Part shown: positions 17,650 to 26,731 of the stretch, piece by piece
Numbering within the stretch: the stretch's first letter is position 1
How the letters are laid out: each line of letters begins with the position of its first letter
Source: a virus
DNA length: 56,323 bases
Direction: 5' to 3' (one strand)
Virus record (IMG/VR): IMGVR_UViG_3300046788_000223
Coordinates: 1 to 56,323 of that record
Notes under the pieces: model-generated
What the model saw: the letters and a program-made list of their open reading frames with translations, nothing else
Databases searched by the model: none
Told to the model about the DNA's origin: nothing
Translations under genes and position numbers: made by a program

Positions 17650-18359
17650 TAGCTGATAGACCAGGAACCATCAGGGAACGTGGGCATGCGTGGACGGCGA
17701 TAGTCGTAGGCGCGGCCCATGTTGACGGTACGCTTGCCGCCGTCTCGAGAGGTCGCGAGCATCACGTGCAGCTCATACGTGCGGAAGGCCTCGCTATAGT
17801 CCATTCCCTTGGCCTTGAGGAACCGCCAGCAAACGCCGTCCGTGATCAGTTCTTCGTCCAGCAGAGAAACGTTGTCGTCGGCCGTCCAGGTTGTAAGGCT
17901 GCCAGATGAACCGGCTGCGGTGCGTATCCTGTAGGTTGATACGTACTCAAACCCATAGGTCTGGCCAGCCGCAGGGACTGGCGTAAGCAAGAGCGAATTG
18001 CCCCTGATGCGGAAAGCGTCCCAGACGAGGGTTATTGTCATCGCTTGGAAGCGCTGCCATTCCACGGGATCAAGAGGACCTTCAACCCTTCTGTGCGCAG
18101 TGCGGTTGTGCATCGTCTCGTTTATGTACCGATCGAAATCGGCAGGAATAACTGACGTTTGTTCTTCCTGCGCGATTGAAACAAACGTGGTTTCCTTTAC
18201 AATGGCTTGCCAAGGATGCCGCCGCGCAAGTTCCGTTACCTCCTCCTGGGCCAAGCCCTGGAGTTGGCGCACTTGCTGGTCGGTTGAGCCTATGACCGAC
18301 GAGGGACGAACGATCCCCATTCGGTCACAGGCAGCTTGGACGAGAGTTAGGAGGCTCAC
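17649..18359 (-). CDS. Virion structural protein (adaptor / tubular-A-like by position)
   Basis: 236 aa. GTG start. Start and stop abut the neighbouring genes. No enzymatic motif. Confidence 0.45.
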   Translation of the reverse strand: MSLLTLVQAACDRMGIVRPSSVIGSTDQQVRQLQGLAQEEVTELARRHPWQAIVKETTFVSIAQEEQTSVIPADFDRYINETMHNRTAHRRVEGPLDPVEWQRFQAMTITLVWDAFRIRGNSLLLTPVPAAGQTYGFEYVSTYRIRTAAGSSGSLTTWTADDNVSLLDEELITDGVCWRFLKAKGMDYSEAFRTYELHVMLATSRDGGKRTVNMGRAYDYRRPRMPTFPDGSWSIS

Positions 18360-18360
18360 G

Positions 18361-18561
18361 GTGGCTGGAACCCCGCGCGAACGCGCACAGAAGATTGCGG
18401 ACGATTTCTACGCTAAGATTGAGCAATACGCCCCGCCCTGCGTTCAGGACGAAGACAGGACTTGGCTGGTCGACCGGATCGAGGCTGCAATTAAGGAAGC
18501 GCCAGGCCAGCTAACTAACGAAGAGCTAGCTAGGTGGCAGCACATCAACACTAACTGTTAA
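18361..18561 (+). CDS. Opposite-strand small ORF (66 aa) embedded in the late operon
   Basis: TAGGAGG-N6-GTG. It exactly fills the only 198-nt gap between two minus-strand virion genes. The protein sequence is hydrophilic and looks plausible. Confidence 0.5.
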   Translation: MAGTPRERAQKIADDFYAKIEQYAPPCVQDEDRTWLVDRIEAAIKEAPGQLTNEELARWQHINTNC

Positions 18562-19268
18562 GCTGCCGCCTCTGCCTTAGCCGGACGTCCGCGCTTCCTA
18601 GCTACTGCCGGAACCGCCTCGTCTAGCTCTTTCTCGGCATCTCTTGCGCGCTTGTCGGAGTCAGCTTGAGCCCTGCGAAGCTCCTCAAGCTGCTTCCTCA
18701 GCTCATCAAGTTGGGCTTTGCTCTCATCGAGATCGCGCACGGCGATCGCCACGTCCTTGGTCTCGAGGTATTTCCTGGCGCGCTCGCGATAACGAACCAT
18801 GTTCGGGTTCGGCACTCGGTTTAGGACGTCATCCTTGGCAATCGACAGGTCCTCGACCGTGTAGATACGGAACGGCTTCAAGGCCTCCACGACATCGCGG
18901 GTCACAGCCGGCCAGATCGATAGCGGCATCCCGTTGGTGATGGCGTCGGCCTCGCCGCCAGCCTTCCAATTATCATAGAAGGGTTTGATGGCCCGCCACT
19001 TCGCGGCGTACTCGTCGTCAGGCTCCGTTGCCTTCTTGGCGGCGCGCTCGATCTTATGGATTGGCTCGACAACCGTTGCCGGGATGGTTACGCCCTTCTT
19101 GGCCCAGGTCACATATTCCCTGGCGATGAGCTTGGTCGGATCGTTCGGGTCGGGCAGATATCGAAGGAAGAACGCGATAGGCTGGATGGACGCCGTAGCC
19201 TCCTTGCCGCCTTCCATCGGGATCATCTGCATTGGCATAGGTGCGCCGCCGCCTACCATGGCATTCAT
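18558..19268 (-). CDS. Hypothetical virion-module protein with a C-terminal coiled coil and basic tail
   Basis: 236 aa, coupled to the upstream glycosyltransferase gene by a 4-nt overlap. Confidence 0.55.
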   Translation of the reverse strand: MNAMVGGGAPMPMQMIPMEGGKEATASIQPIAFFLRYLPDPNDPTKLIAREYVTWAKKGVTIPATVVEPIHKIERAAKKATEPDDEYAAKWRAIKPFYDNWKAGGEADAITNGMPLSIWPAVTRDVVEALKPFRIYTVEDLSIAKDDVLNRVPNPNMVRYRERARKYLETKDVAIAVRDLDESKAQLDELRKQLEELRRAQADSDKRARDAEKELDEAVPAVARKRGRPAKAEAAA

Positions 19269-19969
19269 AGAGATTTCTCCGCTCGTTTACGTGCTAGTCG
19301 CTCAGTCAAAGTAAGCTTTGGCGGCTCCGGTTCGTACGTGACCGCGCCGCCAGATCTCCAAGCCAGTTGCGCCCATCGGGCTGCTTCGTGTGGCTTTGGA
19401 TCTCGCGTGAAGTAGATGAGGCGCGCGTCTTTGGGTGGTCCGGCCTCACACTTGTGGAACTTGTACTGGTAGAAGCCGCCGAACTGTCGCTGGAGGCGTA
19501 ATGCCCTGGACTGCGTTATCTTGTCGATCCACTCATCGTCGCCGTTCCCCAGGATCGGCTGGGCGGCTTTTAGCCATTCCGTCCATATGAAGTCGCATTC
19601 GCCCGCCTGCCACGCCATGACCCCCGACGAAAAGATTCGATTACGGCGAGCACAACCGAGACCAGCAAAAGCGCCAGCATAGTTCGCAAGATCGTCAAGG
19701 TTGGCAAGCAGCAGGCTATCAAGATCGAGATATAGAACCCGGCCACGGAAAACGCCTGGGCAAAACAGAAAAAGCTTACACCACCACCCGAAGGCGTTGG
19801 GCTTTGGTATGACTCGGATGTCCGGGGCAAAGCCAAGGGGATTGTCCGTGATGCATGCAAACTCAAACGGCACGGTTATCTGCTTCTTGCAAGCGAGGCG
19901 TAGATTGTTGACGTACTCGGCTTGCCGCTTGCAATAGTTGTTGACCGCAACACAGGCGATCGTCAGCAC
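19265..19969 (-). CDS. Soluble nucleotide-sugar glycosyltransferase-like protein (GT-A/GT8-like), paralogue of 20999-21589
   Basis: WWCKLFLF and YLDLDSLL (D-x-D) motifs. No TM segments. Confidence 0.45.
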   Translation of the reverse strand: MLTIACVAVNNYCKRQAEYVNNLRLACKKQITVPFEFACITDNPLGFAPDIRVIPKPNAFGWWCKLFLFCPGVFRGRVLYLDLDSLLLANLDDLANYAGAFAGLGCARRNRIFSSGVMAWQAGECDFIWTEWLKAAQPILGNGDDEWIDKITQSRALRLQRQFGGFYQYKFHKCEAGPPKDARLIYFTRDPKPHEAARWAQLAWRSGGAVTYEPEPPKLTLTERLARKRAEKSL

Positions 19970-20202
19970 GGCCTCATTTCATCCTGATACTGGTTGGCGC
20001 CGTGGCCGTTGCTATAGGGCGCCGCTTCGAGCTCTTTGATCTTTGCCGCCTGCTCCGCAACCCTGCGCTCTAGCGCCTTGTGGCTAGCAGCCAACCTGAT
20101 CATGTCGTTGTGAGCCGTCCTTAGCAGGCTATCCCGCTGTGCCTCGAGGGCCGACAGCATGTCCTGGGCATTCCTTAACTTCTCTTCATATTCTTGCGTC
20201 AT
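19963..20202 (-). CDS. Small coiled-coil protein
   Basis: 79 aa with heptad-like charged sequence. Overlaps the downstream start. Confidence 0.5.
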   Translation of the reverse strand: MTQEYEEKLRNAQDMLSALEAQRDSLLRTAHNDMIRLAASHKALERRVAEQAAKIKELEAAPYSNGHGANQYQDEMRPC

Positions 20203-20204
20203 AG

Positions 20205-21002
20205 TTACGACCAGTTTCCTACGTTGGTTGCGGTATTAGATCCGATCGGCCACAGCGCTATGTATGAGCCCGCCAGCATTTTCTCGGTGCCGGTTGGCTG
20301 CGCTGATGCCTTGATCTGCGGGATTAGCGTTCCGCCCGCGTTGATGTTGATGCGGCCGGAGATCCTGATCACGACGTTTTCCGTCGCGCTGGTAGAGGCG
20401 GCCGTTACAGCCGTAACCGACGAGATGCCAGCGCCCACGATGTAGATGCTGCTCTTGGCTGTTAGCGCGTTCGATGTCGCTGTGTAGGCATCCACCATTA
20501 ACGCGGTGCCAGCGGCCGTGATCGTCGCCCCACCGGCAAAGAGAATGCCCCAGGTATGCGAGCTTGTGCCCGTGTTAGTCAGATAATATATCGCATCAAC
20601 CATATACCCCGTGCTGCCGGGGAGCGTCACAGCGCCAGCCGCAGTTCCGTTGAATGCCGCTTGTGCCGATGCGCTGTCCGCCAAGGTATAGTCGGCAACC
20701 AGCGACTGATATTGGATGGTATCGATAAGCTGCCGAGTGGATGCAACCGCCGTGGCATAGAAGAGCGTGCCATCGTATTCGATAGCTCCCGCAGCAGCCG
20801 TCGTCAGGTTCGTTCCGCTCGTAAGCACAAGAGGGGCAACCGTGGCGGTTCCAGCCGGCAAGATTGCCCCAGGCGTGCCCGCCGCCAACGCAAGACCTGA
20901 TGCGGATGATGTCTGGGTGCCAATTTTGATGTTGCTGCCATCCTCCTGAACGGCCAACAAGCCCCGCACGATCTCAACGAAGCCTGTCTTCTGGTTGCTC
21001 AT
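20205..21002 (-). CDS. Fibre-like protein lacking the N-terminal anchor (paralogue of 16621-17649)
   Basis: VAPLVLTSGTNLTTAAAGAIEYDG and C-terminal GTLIP...IGSNTATNVGNWS match the 342-aa fibre along about 230 aa. Confidence 0.6.
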   Translation of the reverse strand: MSNQKTGFVEIVRGLLAVQEDGSNIKIGTQTSSASGLALAAGTPGAILPAGTATVAPLVLTSGTNLTTAAAGAIEYDGTLFYATAVASTRQLIDTIQYQSLVADYTLADSASAQAAFNGTAAGAVTLPGSTGYMVDAIYYLTNTGTSSHTWGILFAGGATITAAGTALMVDAYTATSNALTAKSSIYIVGAGISSVTAVTAASTSATENVVIRISGRININAGGTLIPQIKASAQPTGTEKMLAGSYIALWPIGSNTATNVGNWS

Positions 21003-21589
21003 TGCGTCAGTCCTTCACCTGTCCAGTGATTTTGGAACCAGCGGGCCGTGATCTGGTGAGGCCTTGGCGACCCATGGCATATGCACGCAATGGCACCTGG
21101 GGGCGGCTCATCCAGCGTAAAGAGCCGATGGACTTTCCAGCTTGGAAACCATGTTGGAGGGAATGTTGCTGCGCCAGGCATGGCCACGTTTAGCCAGTCT
21201 TGATCGCCTCGCATTGTGGCCATGACGCCGGGCGTGAACCGCGACCAAACGTCCGTTTCCCAGCCAGTCAACTTGATGACGGAGGTATTGTAGCCTTTCA
21301 ACCACGGATTTTTCAGCGTTCCAAAGCCTTGCCATTCCAGCAGCGGCTGCAAACTTCCTAGGATCACGATATCTAGGTCCAGACAGATCAGCGGCTGGCC
21401 CAGCATATAGGCGCCAATTTTACACCACCATTTCGGCAGATCGACCGGCAATGGCCTGCAATCGACGCCGGGAACCGGATCGTTGGTGAAGCAGACCAAG
21501 TCTTGGTCGCTGTGCCGGCGTACGCCGTCTCGCAGTCGCAGGACGTATTCATTCCCGAACTTCGTCCCGGTCTTGAAACAACAGATCAT
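20999..21589 (-). CDS. Soluble nucleotide-sugar glycosyltransferase-like protein (GT-A-like)
   Basis: PKWWCKIGAY, CLDLDIVI (D-x-D) and GDQDWL motifs. No TM segments. Confidence 0.45.
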   Translation of the reverse strand: MICCFKTGTKFGNEYVLRLRDGVRRHSDQDLVCFTNDPVPGVDCRPLPVDLPKWWCKIGAYMLGQPLICLDLDIVILGSLQPLLEWQGFGTLKNPWLKGYNTSVIKLTGWETDVWSRFTPGVMATMRGDQDWLNVAMPGAATFPPTWFPSWKVHRLFTLDEPPPGAIACICHGSPRPHQITARWFQNHWTGEGLTQ

Positions 21590-23316
21590 GCAGCCGTGTG
21601 CAGCATTGGACTACCTGGAGCCACGGCTTTACCGCTAGCCGCCAGCTCCGAATGCATGCGGATCATGCTTTGGAGCAGGCCAGTCCCATAGAGCTGGATA
21701 TCGACCCCAACGCTCATGCGCTGGATCATTTCAACGAATTCCGTCGCATAGCCAATGAGCACGAGGCTTGTGTGGAAGATTTCGCCCTCGACGGTCGCGA
21801 TCTTCACAACCTCCTGGCTCAATCCAGCGTGCTTCCCAGCCCATTGCTCCTTGCCTTCGTCGGCAAAGCTGCAATCCATCCCGTAGATGTGGTACTCGCG
21901 ATAGCCCATGGCATAGAGCAGGGAGATTGCCCGCAGCCCTACCGAGCCGCCGCCCGTGACTATGAGCTTGCCTGGTTCTTTGAGCTCCTGCAGGAACTTG
22001 GCGATGTGCTCATCGGTTGCGATATGCCAGAGGGCAACGTCACCACCCTCCAGCTTATCGAACATCGCTGGATGGCATGCACTCCCGATCAGATATTGCA
22101 CTTCGGAATGCCATGTCCCGATGTTGTCCGCTTTGTGCGCGCGGGGGTCGCATTCGACGTGATACTTTGGGACAATCCCTGAGTAGATCAGGAAATCATG
22201 GCTTCCGGAGACCGAGATAACGTCAGCATCCTCGGCCTGCGCCTGATACCTCAACATCCCGAGATTGTCTTTGATCGATGGCCCATAGCAGGCAAGGATT
22301 GCCTTGCGCTTGTGGGCTGGGCCTACAAGGACACGCTTGGGGATACGGGCACACGCTGCCTTGGCTTGCTCCCAGCGCTCTTCGCTGGGCCTGGCGCCGA
22401 CCATCTTGACGCCTGCGACGCCTACTCTTGGTGTGCCAATGACAACAAGCTTATCCTCGTCAACCTGCCAGTTGCCAATGCGCAGGATGCGCTCAAACAA
22501 TGGTCTCCAATACTCCTCCGTGCGCTCCTCAGTAAGCTGGACGCGGGCTAGGTAGACCTTGCGGGTATAGCGAAGAGCATCGAGGATCTTGGGCTTGGGA
22601 TCTTCCGGGCCATCAAGGATGTCCGCCACTATCTGTAGATCAGCCAACCTGTCGTTGTACCCTTCCCACATGCTGATGCTCTCTATGGAGCTCATCGCAT
22701 CGGAATGCGCCTCCATCTGCACTCTAACCATCTCACAGAAGGCGGAGACTTCCGGCGTCATGCGGCGACGCTTGGATGTGAGCTTGGGCGCTCCCTTGGG
22801 CACCGCTTCGCCATAAACGAAGTGGTTGGAAATGGCCCGGTCGCCCCAAGAGATGATGTCAAATAACCTGGACAGCTTTTCTCGCCACCAGTCCCCCGAC
22901 TCAACGATCAGGTGAGCGTTGCGCCCGTCTGATAGTGTCTTGAAGGCTGGTTGAGTGCAGATATCGAAGAACAGCTTGCGCTTGGTGATGCGAGCCAATT
23001 CGGCCAGCACATTGTCCAGCAACTCAGGTTCGACGTGCTCGAGCACGTCCAGACAGACCACTAGATCGGCCGGTTCAGGCTGCGTGTCTTTGCCAGCGAT
23101 AGCCGGATCGTATTCCGCGACCGAGATCCCTGCCCTTGATAACGTTTTAGCAAGCGTGCCTTTGCCAGATCCATAGTCAAGGATGGTTTCGTGCTTGTCT
23201 TCAATGACGAGTTGTTCGACATAGGCGGCCCATTGCATTCCTTTGGAGCCGAAGCCAGCATAAGCCTCGTGCATCTCGCGGTTTTGCTGCGCGTACGCTT
23301 CCGTTATCAGAGTCAA
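21586..23316 (-). CDS. Fusion protein: class-I SAM methyltransferase + DUF115/MptE-like (Maf-type glycosyltransferase) domain
   Basis: N-terminus has ILDYGSGKG and VVCLDVLEHV. The C-terminal half has ACYGPS, VSGSHDFLIYSGIVPKYHVECDPR and GGSVGLRAISLLYAMGYREYHIYGMDCSF. Confidence 0.55.
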   Translation of the reverse strand: MTLITEAYAQQNREMHEAYAGFGSKGMQWAAYVEQLVIEDKHETILDYGSGKGTLAKTLSRAGISVAEYDPAIAGKDTQPEPADLVVCLDVLEHVEPELLDNVLAELARITKRKLFFDICTQPAFKTLSDGRNAHLIVESGDWWREKLSRLFDIISWGDRAISNHFVYGEAVPKGAPKLTSKRRRMTPEVSAFCEMVRVQMEAHSDAMSSIESISMWEGYNDRLADLQIVADILDGPEDPKPKILDALRYTRKVYLARVQLTEERTEEYWRPLFERILRIGNWQVDEDKLVVIGTPRVGVAGVKMVGARPSEERWEQAKAACARIPKRVLVGPAHKRKAILACYGPSIKDNLGMLRYQAQAEDADVISVSGSHDFLIYSGIVPKYHVECDPRAHKADNIGTWHSEVQYLIGSACHPAMFDKLEGGDVALWHIATDEHIAKFLQELKEPGKLIVTGGGSVGLRAISLLYAMGYREYHIYGMDCSFADEGKEQWAGKHAGLSQEVVKIATVEGEIFHTSLVLIGYATEFVEMIQRMSVGVDIQLYGTGLLQSMIRMHSELAASGKAVAPGSPMLHTAA

Positions 23317-24074
23317 GCATGCACCCCCAGTCCGTTGCGTTTAGGCTCTCGCGGGATCGTTCCTAGGCGGCCATTGAGCCAAGCCCGGCGCTCGGCTAAC
23401 CACTCATCGGCATATGGCGCGTCTTCATAACCGGGGATGTTTGGTGTTCCGTTTGTGAAGTGCACTAATGAAGGGTCACATGATTTGGGCGAATAACCGG
23501 CGAGCCAGTTCCAGGCTTGTGGGAGCGCGCCGATTTCATCATCCTCCAGCCAACAAAAGCGATGAAGATCCCTGCCAGGAACCGTATTGATGAGCTCAAC
23601 GGTCAATCTCCTGTTGGCGGGATGGTCGCAATTGAACAGCATGACTGACGACCAGTTCTTGCGCGCGTAGAGCGTCTGCAATTGGCCGTCCATCTTGACG
23701 CCTTCCGGCGGCACATGGTGATGCTTGACGCACATCACGGCATAGCTTGGATCGGCTAGGTCGAAGAGGTCGTAGAGGTCATTTCTGGCCAGCACGTCGC
23801 AGTCCATGAAGAGCGCCCATCCAGATTTGGCCAGGATTGGCGTCAGGAACCGCGAGATTGCGAACGCGGTGCTCATTGGGGCTTCCGAGATATCATCCCA
23901 GAGCCTTCCGTCTTTGCGAGAGGTTGGCCGGTGATAAAGGCCAGCCTCTCGCATTTCGTCTAGCGCCACAGCGCTGATCGGAATGTTTCCGGATAAGCGC
24001 CGAATTGATTGCCGGCAAACGGCAAACGCTTCGGTCTCTCGTGGATCGTATCCGATGAATACGCTGCGGCGCAT
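23313..24074 (-). CDS. GT8-like glycosyltransferase
   Basis: IGYDPRE...AFAISRFLTP, ALFMDCDVL (D-x-D) and HFTNGTP motifs. Soluble. Confidence 0.55.
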   Translation of the reverse strand: MRRSVFIGYDPRETEAFAVCRQSIRRLSGNIPISAVALDEMREAGLYHRPTSRKDGRLWDDISEAPMSTAFAISRFLTPILAKSGWALFMDCDVLARNDLYDLFDLADPSYAVMCVKHHHVPPEGVKMDGQLQTLYARKNWSSVMLFNCDHPANRRLTVELINTVPGRDLHRFCWLEDDEIGALPQAWNWLAGYSPKSCDPSLVHFTNGTPNIPGYEDAPYADEWLAERRAWLNGRLGTIPREPKRNGLGVHA

Positions 24075-24079
24075 TGTCG

Positions 24080-24589
24080 TTAGGCCTGGCTGATACGTGG
24101 GAAGTTAATGAAACAGGCAGACAGGGTTGCCGTGCTCGCCGTGGCGGTCAGGACAAGGCCGTTGATGTAGAGAGAGGCCGTTCCTGATAGCGCCTTGACC
24201 TCGCCCGGCGTCGAGCCCATGACCAACAGATGGTTGGGCAAGTTCGATGCGGTGAGGTCAGTGACGCGCACGTTTCCTTGACCGAATATTTGGGCAAAGA
24301 AAAACTGACTTGCACTGGCCGTGATCGAGCAAACCGCAACGCCAAGCATGAACATGTTGGCGCCGGCCGGAGTACCCGGACCGGAGACCATGATCGTGGC
24401 GTTGTAGCTTCCGTCCCAGAAGATCACGTTTCCATTGATGATGTTCTGGGATGCGGTTGCCTTCACGCACATGAACACGGCGCCAGTATTGTCCGTCACG
24501 ACCGTGCCGGATTTCATGCCGCGCCCGCGCGTCAGCGCTTCAGTCTCACTGATCACGTCGTTGAGCAGCGCTCCAACGTTACCATGCAT
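24080..24589 (-). CDS. Capsid-adjacent hypothetical protein (decoration-protein candidate by position)
   Basis: 169 aa, rich in Ser/Thr/Ala/Gly/Val. Lies directly after the major capsid gene. Confidence 0.5.
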   Translation of the reverse strand: MHGNVGALLNDVISETEALTRGRGMKSGTVVTDNTGAVFMCVKATASQNIINGNVIFWDGSYNATIMVSGPGTPAGANMFMLGVAVCSITASASQFFFAQIFGQGNVRVTDLTASNLPNHLLVMGSTPGEVKALSGTASLYINGLVLTATASTATLSACFINFPRISQA

Positions 24590-24632
24590 AGGATTTTCCT
24601 TTCAGGGATGGAGTTCTGGACTTGGCCGCCGC

Positions 24633-25607
24633 TTACGAAGCGTCGAGCAGATAGCCCTGACGAGCGCGGTTGCTGCAGCAGAGCTGGCCCTGCCAGATGA
24701 TCGGGATGAGCACCGCGTCTTGGTTGACGGGCACTTTGTCATCTAGCTGCGTCCAGTTGGCCTGGCGATGCACGCAGAGCTGCAGATAGTCCAGGTTCAA
24801 GAAGAACATCTTCTCGCCGGTTGCCGAGAAGTTGCTGTTGCTGTCGAAGACAACATCAGCGTTGACGTACTTCAGGGCGGGGAATCCGGCCGTGACCTTG
24901 GTTCCCGGCGTGATGTCGTTATATCGGGTGAGGTCTTGCAAGCTCTCCCAATATGCGGCGTAGAAGTCGTTCGTGCTGATGATCAGGTTAGGCGCATCCG
25001 AGCCGCGAACTGTCGACAGATAGATCGCGTTCATGTCGCCCTTGATCGTGCTCTTAGACCAGGTGTTCGTGCCGGTCATCTCGCGGAACTGGTTGCCCCA
25101 GAAGGTATATACCGAGGCGTCAATGCCGCCGACCGTGCCGACACCTGTCGTTGACAGGATCGAGCCAAGGCCGCCCATTTGGTTCGTCAGAGAGCCAGAC
25201 GAGAACAGATCAATCGACATGTTGTTGGCGGCGGTACGCATGGCGTTTTTCACGCGCGCCTTCATCAAGTTGATGAGCTGTTCCTTGCCAGAGTTTTTGC
25301 GGAGCTCGTCGCCCGAAGCAACGACGTGGACAGCTGCCTGTACCCAGTCGTATTTGGCTGCAGTCAGGACGTTGGAGGCGTTCACGTTGAGCTGATCGAA
25401 GCCGGCAAAGCGCTGATAGGTGCTGTTGTTTTGCCAATCCAGCGGGCGAACGATCTCGTAGCCGCCGTCAAGGAGCTCGATCTGGTTTTTGTCCTTGAGG
25501 TAGCGGTAAAGAGCGTTGTGAGCGCTGACGTTGTCGGCAATCTCAGTAGGATGGTTACGGAGGGTCATGGTGACCATTTCCGTAAAGGTGCTGTTGGGGG
25601 ATGCCAT
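24633..25607 (-). CDS. Major capsid protein
   Basis: 324 aa, follows the scaffold-like gene. The sequence pattern (TMTLRNHPTEIADNV...LLDGGYEI..P, QRFAGFDQL) is typical of podovirus HK97-fold capsid proteins. Confidence 0.75.
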   Translation of the reverse strand: MASPNSTFTEMVTMTLRNHPTEIADNVSAHNALYRYLKDKNQIELLDGGYEIVRPLDWQNNSTYQRFAGFDQLNVNASNVLTAAKYDWVQAAVHVVASGDELRKNSGKEQLINLMKARVKNAMRTAANNMSIDLFSSGSLTNQMGGLGSILSTTGVGTVGGIDASVYTFWGNQFREMTGTNTWSKSTIKGDMNAIYLSTVRGSDAPNLIISTNDFYAAYWESLQDLTRYNDITPGTKVTAGFPALKYVNADVVFDSNSNFSATGEKMFFLNLDYLQLCVHRQANWTQLDDKVPVNQDAVLIPIIWQGQLCCSNRARQGYLLDAS

Positions 25608-25621
25608 GGGTTGTTAGTCCT

Positions 25622-26731
25622 CTAGCGTGATTGGATTCGGTCGTACATGGCTCCGAGAGCATCCTTGTCATCCCACCGACCATCGAACGTTGGCGTCGAC
25701 GCTGATGCGCCGGTCCGCACATTCATGGCCCGAGCACGCATTGCCTCGGCCTGTTTCTTTTTCGCTTCCTCTTGAGACTTCGCCTGCTCAGCCGCGCGTT
25801 GCTCTGTGAGGATGCGTTCGCGGTGTGCGGGGTTTGCCCATCGGGCGCGGTCGTAGGCCTGTTCCAGGACCTTATCCATCGGCAGTTTGGGGTTGCTCTC
25901 CTTGATGATCCTCGCCTCTCTGGCGACTTCATCCTGGAGCTCAACAAAGTCCGCTTTGCCGTTGGAAAAGTTCTGGATGAGTTCGTTTGCGTAGTCGGTT
26001 CGCTGGCTTTGTTCGGCTTGCTCGCGAGCGTTTACATGGCCGCCAAGCTGGGAGATATACGCCTTTAACTGATGGATCTCTTGCTGCAGCGGATCAACAC
26101 GTGGGTCTTTGAACAAGTCATCGACCGCATTGCCGGTCTGCTGCTGCCCAGGCTGCTGTTGGCCATTTACTAGATGAGCCGGGTTGACGCCGTAAGTTTG
26201 CGCGAGCCATTTCAGCCCCTCTACTGGATTACGATCGAGGAAGGCTTGGGCACGCAGCCAGTTGCCGATGACCTCATGCTCTTGGCCTTGAGGTACACCT
26301 AACTGGTGCATTCCCGCGTAGACATCGCGTAGAGGCTGGTACGTCCTTAGCTCACTGCCCTGCCGAGATATCGCTTGATGGGCTTCGCTTTCCCTCTGTG
26401 CGATGTACTGTTGCACTTGGGGTGGAAGCGATGACCATTGCTGCTGATACTCGGCCGACCACGACTGAGGCGCAGCGATGGCCGGCGAGGACTGAGCCGG
26501 TTCGCTTGCCCGAGTCGAGGGCTGGTCGGGTTTTGCATCACGCTCAGCTAACGAGCTTTGCGTTTGCAATTCGTCGTAACGCTTCGACAAAATTTCATCG
26601 AGCGTTAGTTGTACGGGCTCTGGCGCGCTAGAGCTTGACGTCTCTTGCGCGGGCGCAGAGGTTGTCTCGGGTGCGGTTTGGCCTCCCGTATCTTGCGATA
26701 CGGGTTGGGCAGTCTCGACCTGTTCTGACAT
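25622..26731 (-). CDS. Scaffolding protein candidate
   Basis: 369 aa, acidic and Gln-rich, helical in character. Immediately upstream of the capsid gene. Confidence 0.55.
   Translation of the reverse strand: MSEQVETAQPVSQDTGGQTAPETTSAPAQETSSSSAPEPVQLTLDEILSKRYDELQTQSSLAERDAKPDQPSTRASEPAQSSPAIAAPQSWSAEYQQQWSSLPPQVQQYIAQRESEAHQAISRQGSELRTYQPLRDVYAGMHQLGVPQGQEHEVIGNWLRAQAFLDRNPVEGLKWLAQTYGVNPAHLVNGQQQPGQQQTGNAVDDLFKDPRVDPLQQEIHQLKAYISQLGGHVNAREQAEQSQRTDYANELIQNFSNGKADFVELQDEVAREARIIKESNPKLPMDKVLEQAYDRARWANPAHRERILTEQRAAEQAKSQEEAKKKQAEAMRARAMNVRTGASASTPTFDGRWDDKDALGAMYDRIQSR

Noticed and set aside
16621-21002. Diversity-generating retroelement acting on the two paralogous fibre genes
   Set aside because: No ORF in the window shows reverse-transcriptase motifs. 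I saw no near-identical template/variable nucleotide repeat pair. The paralogues are diverged along their whole length.
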